From Phoronis australis (taxonomy: Eukaryota > Animalia > Phoronida): DNA of 64,000 nt. The position numbers were made by a program, and so were the translations under genes. The notes beneath the pieces are model-generated. The model made no database searches. It was not told where the DNA came from and was given only the letters and a program-made list of their open reading frames with translations. The stretch's first letter is position 1. Every line of letters starts with the position of its first letter. The stretch covers positions 301,848-365,847 of the forward strand of contig NMRA01000455.1 in NCBI GenBank assembly GCA_002633005.1. The letters run 5' to 3'. Shown here piece after piece: positions 50,047 through 62,903 of the stretch.

Positions 50047-51375
50047 ACTAGAAAGATTATTGTTACGGCGTGACAATAACGGACTCTGAGCGTGCGTATT
50101 ACTGGAATTATTATGGGAAGTTACTGACAGCAACCCCTTTACCAATATGAAAAGGATTTCTTTAAAATTGTAGGAGAAATAACATATTAATTTTTGATGA
50201 CCTTTCCACTAATTGACCTATTCCGGTGCATTATGAGCCCCGATGAGGGAGTAATTGTTAACTCGATTAAAAGTGTGGTTAATGCTAATAATCACAGATG
50301 TTTTACTTTAAGCACTTCAGAATTAAAGATGAATGAAGTGGTCAAACTTTCAGAAGAGAAATGCACCTAATGACCCCATGGGTGCACCAAATGACCTGAA
50401 AATTTAGAATTCATACTCGATCGGACTTAGTAAACATATACGTAATTCTGAAGTCTCTAGCTCAAAATTTTAGTTTGCACTCAATGACCTTTGACCTATT
50501 TTTCTGATTGGTTAGGCTTATTGCGAAGTAAAGTAGGGTATTTAATTGGCATGTTGACTTACACCAGTGTGCTGAAATTGGAAAGAATTCCTTGAAAAAC
50601 GTAATAGATATAACATTTTGAACGTTACAAGACCTTTGCACTAATTGACCTTATCCGGTGCATTTTAAGCATCTTTAGGAGAATTGTTGCAAAGCTCATG
50701 AAAATGTGTTTAACGCTGAGAATCACAGTTGTCTAAGGGTTGACACATCAGAATACTTGCTGATTGAAAAGGTCAAATTTTCAGAAGAAAAATGCAACTA
50801 ATGACCCCATGTTTGCACTAAATGACCTGAAACTTTGGATTCCGATTTGATTTACCTGTGGCAATCAGACCTGTCATATTGTAGTGTATAGCTCAAAATT
50901 TTAGTTTGCACCTAATGACCTTTGACATATTTCACCTGATTGGATGACCCGATTACTTAGAAAAGTGAATTTTTAAATTGTCATGTTGACTTATACCAGT
51001 GCACCGCACTTGAAAAAGATAGCTTTAAAACTGAAGGAGGATTAGCATTTTGAAAATTATATGACCTTTGCACCAAACGACCTCTTCCGGTGCAATATGG
51101 AATATGATTATGTAACCAATCAAAATTTATATACTGTCAAAAGTCATATGCTGAATTTAAAGACCGTACCTGCACCCAATTTGGAGTTAATAAGCCTCAA
51201 ATTTGGTCGGAAGAAGAATAAGAATAAGAAGAATAAGAATAAAATTGAAGAAAACCCAGGAACAACAGTACTCTGCGCTTACACGCGCAGAGTAATAAGA
51301 AGAATAAGAATAAGAATAAATTGAAGAAAACCCAGGAACAACAGTACTCTGCGCTTAGACGCGCAGAGTAATAAC
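50047..51375 (-). mobile_element. Helentron-associated non-autonomous element (HINE/DINE-like) with 432-bp internal tandem repeat
   Basis: One end is AACTAG plus hairpin TTATTGTTAC-GGC-GTGACAATAA plus subTIR ACTCTGAGCGTG (50083). The other end has hairpin TACTCTGCGC-N6-GCGCAGAGTA containing the inverse subTIR, and an (AAGAAT)n microsatellite. Internal GACCTTT...CCGGTGCA units start at 50199, 50631 and 51063. Confidence 0.78.
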
Positions 51376-51472
51376 AGTACACGTAATGCTAATGATGATA
51401 GTTATAATAATAAAGATAATAAAATTATTAATTTGACTAATTATCAGCTTCGTTGAATAAAAAAGAAATTAC

Positions 51473-51524
51473 CTGCGATGATGTGTAGAATAATTAATAC
51501 CCAAGGACAGATACCGTAACCCAT
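51473..51524 (-). CDS. MAM-EGF protein, exon 1 (signal peptide)
   Basis: ACAATGG context; MGYGICPWVLIILHIIA G|gtaatt, 52 nt, phase 1. Joins exon 2 to give MGYGICPWVLIILHIIAVLKLSRC. Confidence 0.75.
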
Positions 51525-54500
51525 TGTCGTCTCTGCAAGTGTATATGTCCAGGTCTCGTCTAAAAACAATGAGAGTTTAATTACAAAGGTGACCACGGCT
51601 GACTCTGAAGGGTCAATGAACAACAATGCACCAACTAAAGAGATAAAAGACGGCGGTTTGGTGAGCGATAAAAGTTCAATTTTTATCATATGTGTATAGG
51701 TCCCTTCTGTTTTATGTAACCTTGATTGATGTCGATACATGTATATACTGCGTCAGATGTGGATGTCTTCTTCTTAAGAATAAGCTTGAATCAGAATAGT
51801 TTACACTCTGTCTCACATTCTCTATTATTACAAATGTTACATTGCAGTTTTTACACTTCGGGGAATACCATTCTTCCGTTTCCAATTTTCAATTAATGAA
51901 ATGCTTGCTATGTGAAATATCTGCTATTGTCTCAGCTCACGCCAGTAAATGTTTCGCAAGGTAATTCAGACTTAAAACTTTTCGGCAAAATCAGCATCTC
52001 TCAGCCTTTGTCTGAATTCTGACAGAAAATCAGTGTTCATCAATCATTCCCGTAATTACATGAAAGTCAACCAGTTGAATACAACAAAAATATTACACAT
52101 ATAATAATCATGCAATTGCATTTCACATAACACTAAAACATGGTTTTGGAAGTTTATTACTTTGCATTTTCAGTATAATTTAAAAAATATGTGTAGTTTT
52201 ACACATACAAGACAGTTGAATCACGTGGGCGACACTCTACTTTGCAATAAGATCAGTCGTCGTAATTCCAGTAGGGATTAACCATTTACAAAATTGTGCT
52301 CGAACATTTTCGATTTCTGTTCTATGGCTAGTATACCATATTTCTACTCCATAGAATGAAATGGTCATTGTGTACAACAATTTAAAGGGTCCCATTTGAC
52401 ACAGAGAATGCTTCACTAAATTCTTGCTTCGTTAGGCTTTTGTGCGTGTGTCCTGCAGAATAATCTACTAGAAAATACAATCCCTAAATATTTATAGCTG
52501 TCAACTCAAACCCTCTGTAATATATTTTCCCTGTCCTCTTCAATTTTTCCACCATTCTTAAAATCAACTATGTTTGACTTGTGGATATTTACAGACATAT
52601 TGCTCTTTAAACAACTTTCAGCACATCCAGTCGTCTGTGTAGCTCAACTACGGAGTCGCCAACTACAAACTACAGGAGAATGCCATCGTCCGCAAATAGT
52701 TCAACCTGAAAAACACCCCCTGCAATTTTGAATTTCAATAGTACCTTCGTTTACGAACCTTGTCTGACACAAATCTTACACTTAGACGGTTGACCTGTTT
52801 TTCTAATTCAGTATTTATTCCTAGGTTCACAGTTGAATAGGGTACATACTATGTAGAATTCTTGGCAGTGGTCCAACTGCACCTTTCGATATTATTACCT
52901 ACATAATTTTGATCTGTGTATTGATTTCGATGCCTTGCTGAAGTCTTTATAAGCCCCGAAACAAGTGATTTTTATTTTTGCATTAGTAAATACTTTCAAA
53001 CAAGCTGTTAAGAATGAAAAATATTATACATCGTTGAATAATTTTCTCTCAGGCCAGCTTGTTCTATCCGTAATTTATTTTCACACGTCAAGGGTGTCAA
53101 ATTTTTATTTAAGACTGACGTATTTTTTTGCATACAACATTGAGCAGTGTCGTAATTCTGTGGTTCCCAAGTTTTGCTACTGTACCTATAGTGACATTAT
53201 GCTAGTTGACCATTTTCTGAAAAAATATGCAATTGAAAACTTTACAGGGCAGAACTTTAATTCTTTCCATCGAAAATGCCAAGAATTATATTGGAATTCC
53301 AACCAATACACCTAGACCTTTTTGCCTAGCATACATGTACGTTTAACTGATCAAAAATATTCAGAAGAACTCCTGTTCAGGTGCCATTCAGTATATTTTT
53401 AAGCATTTGGATCCACAAATTTCATAAAATTTGACGCCTGCTGCATAAATAGTGAATTAGAAATTTTGTGTTGTATGTGAAGGCTACGATTGGCATTTAC
53501 TTGATTTGTGAGTCTGTTCTGACTGTAACGTTGCCAGTTGTAGACCCTTTGACCCACTTTGAGCTCAGTCATGGCTTTTCGTAGACCTTTACCGCTTCCA
53601 AACAAATGGTGTCATTGGCGTGGATACTGCTGATTTGTTTTTTTTTTCTAAGTAAATATTTTATTTCTCAAAAAAGGAAAGTAAAAACAATGGCTAATAA
53701 TAACTATCTAGTAATGGAAAAGGTACAACATTCACACACCATTCATGCACCCACACACTCTTAATGAACATGTTTCTCCCGAAATTATTCAAGTGCGAGT
53801 AAATATATGTTTAAGTATTACTGTTGATTTGGTATATTTTTGCCCGTGTTTTTAGTAGCCGGCTGTGCTTCCGGTATTTGAGAAAATTGACTTTGGAATC
53901 ATTTTCAATAGACTTTATGCAATGTCTTTGAAGTATTTGGCCCAGTATAGTTTATTAAATCATTTCTTGTCCCTCTTCCCTTCCTTGATCTCACTCCGCA
54001 CGAAGGGATACCGTTTCCTCCTGATCACGCACTCATTCTGAAAAATCCTCGGTTATGTGTTGACCTGTATCATTTAGTGATTTCTAGCTTTCTCTGTATC
54101 ATCATACCTTTCTGGTTTTCATTCCCAACTTGTTTTCACGGGACGCTTTCTCCGACTCAGTGCGCCGTGTCTACTATATTAACGACTCCTGAATGTTCAA
54201 TTACTTATCACAAATTATTGGATCACTTGAATGTTCAGTTTCGTCTCAGGTTTCGACACCCTCCGTCCCTCCCAGGAATTTCATGAATAAAGGAGAATGT
54301 TCCGACATAATCTATTTTCAAGATCATCCACTTAATCATTTCACTGCGTTACCTAACAAGATATTTTCCTTTCTTAAAGGCGAAGGCAACCTTTTTCCAT
54401 GTCATTTTGAGCTAAAATAAGGTTGGTTGGTTATCCTAGACATATTTTTCACTTAATTACAGCTTTTCGTAATTTTATTAATTATTCGTCCGCTTTTCCG

Positions 54501-54642
54501 GAAGTGACGTTTTAGGAGGCAAGCGCTTCCCGCCAATTTCTTTTCACATAGTCTGACTGTGAGAGCTGCCGAGTCAGTCATTGTTCTACCTCGGTTGTGT
54601 TAAGTTCCGTCGTCGTTCGCTTTCATTTACTAGTCAGTCAAC

Positions 54643-55097
54643 ATGCCACACTGTTGCTGCGTACCGGGATGTAGTAATTATCGGCTCACGCGCGCTTTGG
54701 GAGTGCCTTTGCATCGCTTTCCGATGGATGACACACTTCGCCGTACTTGGCTCGTTCGTGTGAAGAACGCAGCGTTACCCGTCCACGCAACGTACAAAGC
54801 AGTGGAGAATTACCGTGTGTGTGGCAAGCACTTTCTGCCGTCCGATTACGAAAGGGATTTGTACGCTGAACTGATGAAGGTCCCCGCGAAACAACGCTTG
54901 AAGAAGGATGCCATTCCGTCTGTGTTGATTCCCGGCAGTGCCCCGTCGCCACCCCCGAGAAGTGCGTTTTTGAAGCGAGAAGCCTCGCGAGCTGTGGCCA
55001 GTACAGTGACTGGAGCCAGTGGAGGCACTTCATCTACTGTCACCCGTGCCTCCGAACGTACCCCAGAGCGTGCAATTCCTGGAACCAGTAGTGATTC
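54643..55097 (+). CDS. THAP zinc-finger N-terminus of the Kolobok transposase (truncated by the gap)
   Basis: MPHCCCVPGCSN...LHRFP...W...VCGKHF...LKKDAIPS is a complete THAP domain with AVPT-like box, open until the Ns. Confidence 0.92.
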
Positions 55098-55546
55098 NNN
55101 NNNNNNNNNNNNNNNNNNNNNNNNNNNNNNNNNNNNNNNNNNNNNNNNNNNNNNNNNNNNNNNNNNNNNNNNNNNNNNNNNNNNNNNNNNNNNNNNNNNN
55201 NNNNNNNNNNNNNNNNNNNNNNNNNNNNNNNNNNNNNNNNNNNNNNNNNNNNNNNNNNNNNNNNNNNNNNNNNNNNNNNNNNNNNNNNNNNNNNNNNNNN
55301 NNNNNNNNNNNNNNNNNNNNNNNNNNNNNNNNNNNNNNNNNNNNNNNNNNNNNNNNNNNNNNNNNNNNNNNNNNNNNNNNNNNNNNNNNNNNNNNNNNNN
55401 NNNNNNNNNNNNNNNNNNNNNNNNNNNNNNNNNNNNNNNNNNNNNNNNNNNNNNNNNNNNNNNNNNNNNNNNNNNNNNNNNNNNNNNNNNNNNNNNNNNN
55501 NNNNNNNNNNNNNNNNNNNNNNNNNNNNNNNNNNNNNNNNNNNNNN
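55098..55546. other. Assembly gap (N run)
   Basis: Run of n characters. Confidence 0.99.
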
Positions 55547-58500
55547 AAACAAAAGTAGAATAGAACAGATTCGCACAGTAAGCTCAACGCAAAACCAAGT
55601 GGCGGGAAGCGCTTGCCTCCTAAAACGTCACTTCCGGAAAAGCGGACGAGTAATTAATAAAATTACAAAAAGCTGTAATTAAGTGAAAAATATGTCTAGG
55701 ATAACTAACCAACCTTATTTTAGCTCAAAATGACATGGAAAAAGGTTGCCTTCGCCTTTAAGTCGCCCACTCCATTTCATAACTGATTTATCTCGGGCTC
55801 GTATTTAATCGAATCTATCGTTCAGGAATTTGACCAGTGGTCTCCGTTTGTAAGATCTTGTTGGGGTTGCACATAGTCAATTTACCAGTGAGTCCTCTTG
55901 ATGGGACTGCTTTTACGTTACGCTACCGGGAGGGTTTAACTCATTTCTAACCCCAAACTGTTTTGCGTTAATCAAAAGGCCTGCCCTGAAACAACACAGC
56001 ATCACTCTCACTCTATGGTATTTACCCACAATAGAGCAAATGCGTCAAGAACTTGATCTGCTTCTTTCACACGTAAATCAATTATTCACTATCGTAACTG
56101 TTTGCCCATCATTGTAATGCAGCCAACTCTCGTGGCATTTTGAGTTGCAATGATACTAAAATTCGCTAAAAGACAAGTAGGCCTATCAGTGCTGGGTGTG
56201 ACTCTAGACCACAACGAAACAGACGGTTTAAGTCCAGGATGGACTTATTCATTTACGAGGCTCCTTACGTACTAAAGCATTGCGGCTGCCCGTAAACCCA
56301 CTCTCAGCAAAACCCTATACAACATGTCAGACTCAAATGAACAAGTACACTGCATGACACGTGACCTCCGACATGTTCCCATGCAATATACATCCAACAC
56401 TTCTCGTTTCCTTCACATGAGGTCCGGTGTGTGAATCCCTCTCGGCCTTACCGAAATCGGGCCAAGAATCTACTGTAGGCATGTTTGCTGACATATCCGT
56501 TTCAAGAACAATTGCTCGGTCTTAATTTCAACAGAAATTGGTCATTGTTGGTTTCGACAGAAGTCTTTAACCTATTTTCTCGGGCTACATACTCGTATCC
56601 ATGTATAAAACAACATTATTGGTTGTGTTTTGCGACTTCCTTACAAATTGCCAATGTTCGCAACTGGCTGCAGGAGATTTACTGAAACCGAGACCGTAAC
56701 CTTTCCATGCATCAGTTACATACGCCTAAAACACTATCTAGCATTCCGATTGGGTTTGGTTCCATTAGCTAAGTGTCGCCAGCCATCTTTGAGAGCCGTT
56801 CGCTGGAATTCATCCAGGAACAAGTCTCAAGAACAATCTTTCTATTTTTGGACAAATCAATGAAAATATAAGGCGATCCTAACTGCAAACTGTTTAAAAA
56901 TAAATTATGTTGATATTTTCAGGAACAGCGATTTAATTTGTCTTAACTTAAACAGTACTAGTGCTTAAGTCTTAAGTTGGTTTCCATGAAACAGTTCCAT
57001 GTAAGCTTTGTTTGTTTTCTGCAATCTTCAATTAATACGTCATTTAGGACTAGAATTGAATTTAATTTTGCACAGACTTGACAACGCAAGAACATCCATT
57101 TCACATTGCTAACGAGTACGACGCCGGCGTGTCTGAGCTTACCCATGCGCTAAAGCCACTCGCAAAACTCGAGCAAAGAAACGAAAACCTTTTTCTACTC
57201 GGTGATGCCTCATTCTAGCTGTTGTTTAGTGAAATAATAGATGTAGCTTTTGAAAACGGAACAAATGCCTTTGATGGCGTTCTATAATGTATATTCTGCA
57301 ACGAAATTTGATAGCCTTAAGGTAAACAATTGAGATGTATCTTTCTTTCAGACATTTCAAATGAAGATGGATATTTCATGTCACATATTATTCCATAAGC
57401 GTTGCGTCTGTTAGCAGAGAACATAAACACGAACTAACAACATCAAGTACAATGAACTTACCTATTCTACGCCCTTGATAGATATGGTTAATGCATTAAA
57501 ATTTTTCTTCACTGGTTATCATTCGTTACTATCAGATGAACTGCGCAACCCTTGTCCACCAAGATCACACTAAGCCAAATGCTTAGAGCCAGCATTTGCC
57601 AGGCTCAGAGATACAGGTTTTCTTTGGCAGTTCCGAGAAAATGGAGTTGAAGTTCTTCCAGACTGGCAGGGCTACATGAACATCTTGGACCTTGGTCTGG
57701 CTTCGGACAACTCTGCAACAGGAAATTACATACCTGTACCCCTGGGCATTTTTTAACTTTTTGTAGTTCTTTTTGTCTAAGAAATAAATTAAAGCTCAGC
57801 GACTTATACAAATCAATTTTTACCAGACAAAGGGCCCTATTTCTTGAAACTATTTGGTTTTAACTTAGACCGAAATAACGATGCTGTCATTCTGTAACAT
57901 GTCACGTTGCGCTTGGTTAACAACGCGTCATTCCAACAGTCGAAAGCTTAACAAAGGCGAAATGTTTCTTAAAATTTCTCTCTTTTACATGCTTAGGTGT
58001 GTGTTTCATTTCTTGACTGCCAGGGGTCCTACGCCTATGGTGGTTCTCACGATTTCACCTTGGATCAAGAAAAATTGTTGGGTGCCCCCTGCATCTTGCT
58101 TGCCTGACAATTAATTGGATGTAGTACCGGTCGTACAAAAATGCTGTCTGTCCTGTGAAGCGACATGGCAGCTAGGTCAAAATGCGTAACATAGTATTGT
58201 TTCATACAATGCAGTTGCGAATCACGCCATTTTCTTGTTTTGTTTTGTCATGTTTTTGCGCAGAACATAGTATTATTGCGTAACGTCTTTAACCGATAGT
58301 GTGTTCGAACTAACTATTGTACAATAAAATCAAGTCTGCACAGGAATTTACCCGTACCAGGGAGATGATAAATTAGTTTACGATAATGGGAGTCGGATGA
58401 CAGTTTGTCCTGAATGTTATGATTTGTGATTGTCCGATACGTTATCAAAAGGGGAGATGTGAAAGTATGGCGTGACTGTATTTACACAACAGACATTAGA

Positions 58501-59493
58501 GTGGTGCCACTGATAAAGGACCAATCGTTTTTGGGAACCAGAATAGGCACACCTTTTGAACTGCGTTTAATAAGAACCGGCTATCTAGAAAACTGCAACC
58601 CTCCCATAAATATTATCTTTGATGACATGAACGTTCAAATGGAATTGATTCAGTTTACATCGCATAGGGTAGTTATTTATACGATTTGCCGATCGTAGTT
58701 CCCAAGTTGGGTCACTTGCATATCGTTGATATATGACATAGACGATCGGATGTAATTACTATTCGTAATCAGGTCACCACCAGGGCAAATTAAAATAACA
58801 AGAAAGTCATCACATAACAGAATACAGTGTGTTTTGTGTCAGCGGTTTTGAATCTCGCCCGACGTGCAGCTGTGCCCAATTGCAAGAAACAGCCCGAAGA
58901 GAGAGTCACCTGATAAAATATATGTTCAGAGCGGTTGTAGATTTTATTTGCTCAATAAGTAGGTGTTTTTCCAACATTTTTTATATTTCATGTATCTGAA
59001 AAGTGAGACTTTGTCTTAATTTAAAAAATACACATAGTTAATAAGACCTGGACTCAGGGAGGTTGAATGAAAAAGTCCTTGTTTTCCTTCGAAAATATTA
59101 CAAATTAAGACGCCTTGCGGACATGGTCTTACACAAGGTTTTCATGTTTCTGATGAAATATTTCGTATTTCGCAATATCATGAGATATGACCATTCTTCA
59201 GTAATGTTTTCCTGGATCGATACACGTCAGTCTTCCCTCCTCTCGATCAGAATAGGGTGAGTAGGTATATCGGCAAAATATTTACTTGTCCAAATATGTA
59301 CAATGTTACGCGAGCTAAATTAACTGTTTATAAATGATGCTTTTAAAATTAAAAAACATGATTGTATGTCAACTACGTCATACGGGTTTTCTCGAAGGGC
59401 GTACATATTCCAGGGTAGCTCGCGCTGGGAAGTCAAACTCAGTATGAATTTACGCCTTTTATTTTGTAACTTGTAATCTCCACAACATCAGCC

Positions 59494-60470
59494 TACCCTA
59501 ATGCTAACCCTCAGCCTAAAACAAACACCAACCCCAACCCTAACCTAACAACAAACTTATCCTAAACACAACAACAATCCTAACCTTACCCCTAACAATA
59601 GTCTAAGCCCAAGTCCTAGCTCTAGCGATACAACTTCCAATAGGCCTAGACTTAGCTCTAACCATAGCCCTAGCCCTAACCGTGAACAAAACACTAACCT
59701 CAACCCTGAACCTAATCCTAACCCTAATCCCGAAATCGAATTTTAACACCCAAATCCTAACCCTATCCTTAATCCTAGCCCCAACAGCAACCCTAACAAG
59801 AACCCAACCCCAATCTCAACCCTAACAAGAACCCAAACCCAACCCCAACCCTAGTCCTATCCCTAAACAAACATTAATCTTAAACCTCACCTATTCTTAA
59901 AACTAACCCTAACCCTTACCTAAACCTAACCCTAACCCTAAACCTAACCTAACCCTAACCCTAAACCTAACCCTAACTCCAAAATTCCCCTAACCATCAC
60001 CCAAACCTTCACCCTAATCCTTAACCGAATCTGACCCTGACCCTGAAACTGACCCTGAACCTAACCCTGACCCTGACCTGATTCTGACCCTGAACCTGAT
60101 CTGACTCTGACCCTGACCCTGACCATGACCATCCCCTAAACCTAACCCTAATCCTCATACTAACCCTAACCCTAAACATAACGCTAACCCCAACCCTGTC
60201 CCTGACCCTAACCCTAACGCTAACCCAAAGCCTATACCCTCCCGCTAATCCTCCACCTAACCTTAACCCTAACCCGAAACCTAACATAGCCCTAGCTCTA
60301 ACCCTAACCCAAACCCTAACCCTAACCTACCCTTAACCCTTAAGCCCAACAACCCTAACCCAAATCCTAACCTTAGCCTACCCTTAACCCCACCAACCCT
60401 AACCCACACCCTAACCCTAGCCTAGCCTAAACCCTTATCCCCAAAAACTGTAACAAAAACCCTAACCCTT
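59494..60470 (+). repeat. Degenerate interstitial telomere-like (CCCTAA)n array
   Basis: CCCTAA mixed with variants CCCTGA, CCCTAG, CCCAAA and CCTTAA over about 1 kb. Confidence 0.9.
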
Positions 60471-60482
60471 GCCTACTCTTAA

Positions 60483-62870
60483 GGTAGGTGGATACACAAA
60501 AATAATTTTGACTGTTTTTTACATTTTTATATCATCCTAATCTTGATGCATAGTATACTGAAGAAAAATAAAATCATTCTGAAAATCCAAAGTTGTTTTT
60601 TAATTATATTTGACCAAGCTTCAGTAGGTCATATGGCTCGAGTGCTCACCAGCTCAGTGACTGACAAGTGGGGCGGAGCTTATACAAGGACACTAGCTCT
60701 AATCTAACCCTGTCAACAAACATTGCGTAACCGGGCAATCGAGAGTGCTGTACCAGAAGCGTGTTCAACAGAGTGAGCGCCCGCTAGCGTGTACTCGCGA
60801 ACACAAGGAACAGCTCCTGAACAGCTGTGAGCGCTCACTGTGCGATCCAGTATGGCGACTTTGAAGCAGATTGTGTTGAACGTCTTAGCCGATGAGCTTA
60901 ACACTAACAGTCCTTCCTATGGCGTACTGAGCGATAAATATGATTAATGTTTGACAATAATTATTAATATCGGCAGCCCCAAGACAACAACCGTGAAGGC
61001 TTTGGCCCGACAAGAATCGAAAATTACGTCGAGGAAACTGTACCTCGCTACTTGAGCGACCCGCAATTTAAATCGCAGTTTCGGATGAGTCGGTCAACTT
61101 TTGGGGTTAGTTTTCGTGTTGCAAAACCATAATGGGTTCATATGTTGCAGAAGTGAAGCCTTCGCAGTACGCCACCTTGGAAATCTAAGCGAACATGCTC
61201 TCGAGGTTGGTTCGCGAGCGCTCGCGAGCGCTAACGTGAACACAGCTGTTCAGGACGAGGGCGCTCAAATCGCTCGCGGGCGCTCACTCTATTGAACACG
61301 CTTCAGCTGATAGATGTTGTAGCAAGACCAAGAATAAAATATTTCTATTTTTGACCATGTGGAAGTTGGTGGTGAAATGGTGAACTAGCTCTTGTTCCGA
61401 GCCTGAGCCTGTTTGTCCATCTGCAAAAAATAAGTTGAGTACGCCAAGTCCTACCGAACCCATCACTGCACTCAGCTTGAGGAATCAGTGCAGAAATTGT
61501 GCGTGTACAATAGAAGTCGGAAAGGTGAGGTGTCTTGCTAGAGGACGCTGAGCGTCGACATAGTTGGTGTTGCACGATTCGATGAGAGAGTATGCACGCG
61601 CAGTGAAGACACGCCACGCGCGCGAGACATGGACAACTGCATGCCGTCAGAGTATAGTTTTGGCTAGGAACGCGCCGTGGATAAACTAGGCTGCCAAACT
61701 CAGGGGATTTTTTAACTTGCCACCGGCCGTAACCCAAAGAATTAGAGAAATGACCCAGTGTTCAACATAACAATTTTTTTCTAGTGCATAGACTAAAACG
61801 TAACGCTTAATCAAAACTCATGATATTATACGGTTTTAGTGGAAAGCAATATAAGCAACTTTGGTAACTTGAAAATCTCACCCAAGCGACGCTATTTGCG
61901 CAGCAAGTACTATTTTCGTATCCCAAAGTCCATTCTGTCAAAACGTTGGCGGTACAGGCACAATGAAAGTAGTTCTTTATCCTCGTTGCGAATATTTTGA
62001 TGTAGACGATTTGATATAACATGTATTTGTTGATGAAGAGACGGTAACTACATATAATATTGGAAGACTAACAAATAGGTCTATGTAATAATAGTTAGAG
62101 AGAGTCTTTTACCACACTGAGTGGAGAGTTCAGATGAGTCGCATAAACAATCAACACATGGTTTAATGATGTGTGGTCGGCACACCAGTCCAGCAGACAA
62201 TAGATCAACGGTAAGCTCCGCCCACGTGACAGCCATATTTGTTTTGGTCGTCTGTCGTGCTTCACAAGTTCGCAAAAATGATTAAAATTACGCTGTAAAC
62301 AAACAGGTATGTCACATTTTCTAAACATGAAGTAAATATCAGCTTTATTACTAGTACATCAACAAAAATTGGAACATAATGACAGCGCATTCTGAACGAA
62401 ATTTGACCTCGAGTGACAATCGATGCTCGCTTAACTTCAAAGCCGTTTTTCGCAGCTTGCGATTTCAGGGTTATAACATTTTCCGAAACACGTGGGTCAA
62501 TTCTTACGAAATTTGAAATCTTCTAGGATTGAAGTAAAATCGCCAAGCCAGGGTTTTTTATATATGGACCAGATTTTTAGTTATTAGACGGAAAGTGACC
62601 AAATGACAGAAAGTGGCGTGCTTGCCCCAACTCACACGCAAAAAATGCCGCAAAATCAAGATCATAAAGATTTTATACATATATTTGGTATGGATAAGTA
62701 GAATATTACGTAAGAAAACAGTTGATGGTAATCCCTGTGCAATTTGAATAAAAAATTCGAGGTATAATTGGATTTATTGAAAATTAAAAAATACGATGTT
62801 TAAAAAAATTAACTACAATAAAAACTTTTTTTTCTATTTCTGTCACTTTCAGAGTCATGTCTAACTAGTT
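60483..62870. mobile_element. Probable Kolobok-like element (left end only recognisable)
   Basis: TTAA|GGTAGGTGG start with an abrupt switch from the telomere-like array, followed by AT-rich subterminal sequence. No matching right TIR found before the N at 62903. Confidence 0.4.
60757..61303 (+). mobile_element. PIF/Harbinger deletion derivative with CAG TSD
   Basis: CAG|AAGCGTGTTCAACAGAGTGAGCGCCCGC ... GCGGGCGCTCACTCTATTGAACACGCTT|CAG. Internal RIENYVEETVPRYLSDPQFKSQFRMSRSTF is a Harbinger/HARBI1-type transposase N-terminal motif. Confidence 0.9.
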
Positions 62871-62903
62871 AAAACTCCCTTTTTGCTCATTTTAGTTAGG
62901 AAN

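Larger units (their letters stand above)
54378..55757 (+). mobile_element. Kolobok-type DNA transposon with about 158-bp TIRs and TTAA TSD; interior lies in an assembly gap
   Basis: TTAA|AGGCGAAGGCAACC ... GGTTGCCTTCGCCT|TTAA, with near-identical TIRs (54378-54535 vs 55600-55757) and a THAP ORF inside. Confidence 0.92.

Noticed and set aside
55019-55587. Long ORFs spanning 55.0-55.6 kb
   Set aside because: Artefacts of translating through the N gap.
55762-59330. Scattered hints of decayed LINE, nuclease or THAP fragments (also 53640-54370)
   Set aside because: Motifs are too short and broken to assign without a profile search.
59494-60470. True chromosome telomere
   Set aside because: Highly degenerate and flanked by non-telomeric sequence on both sides.
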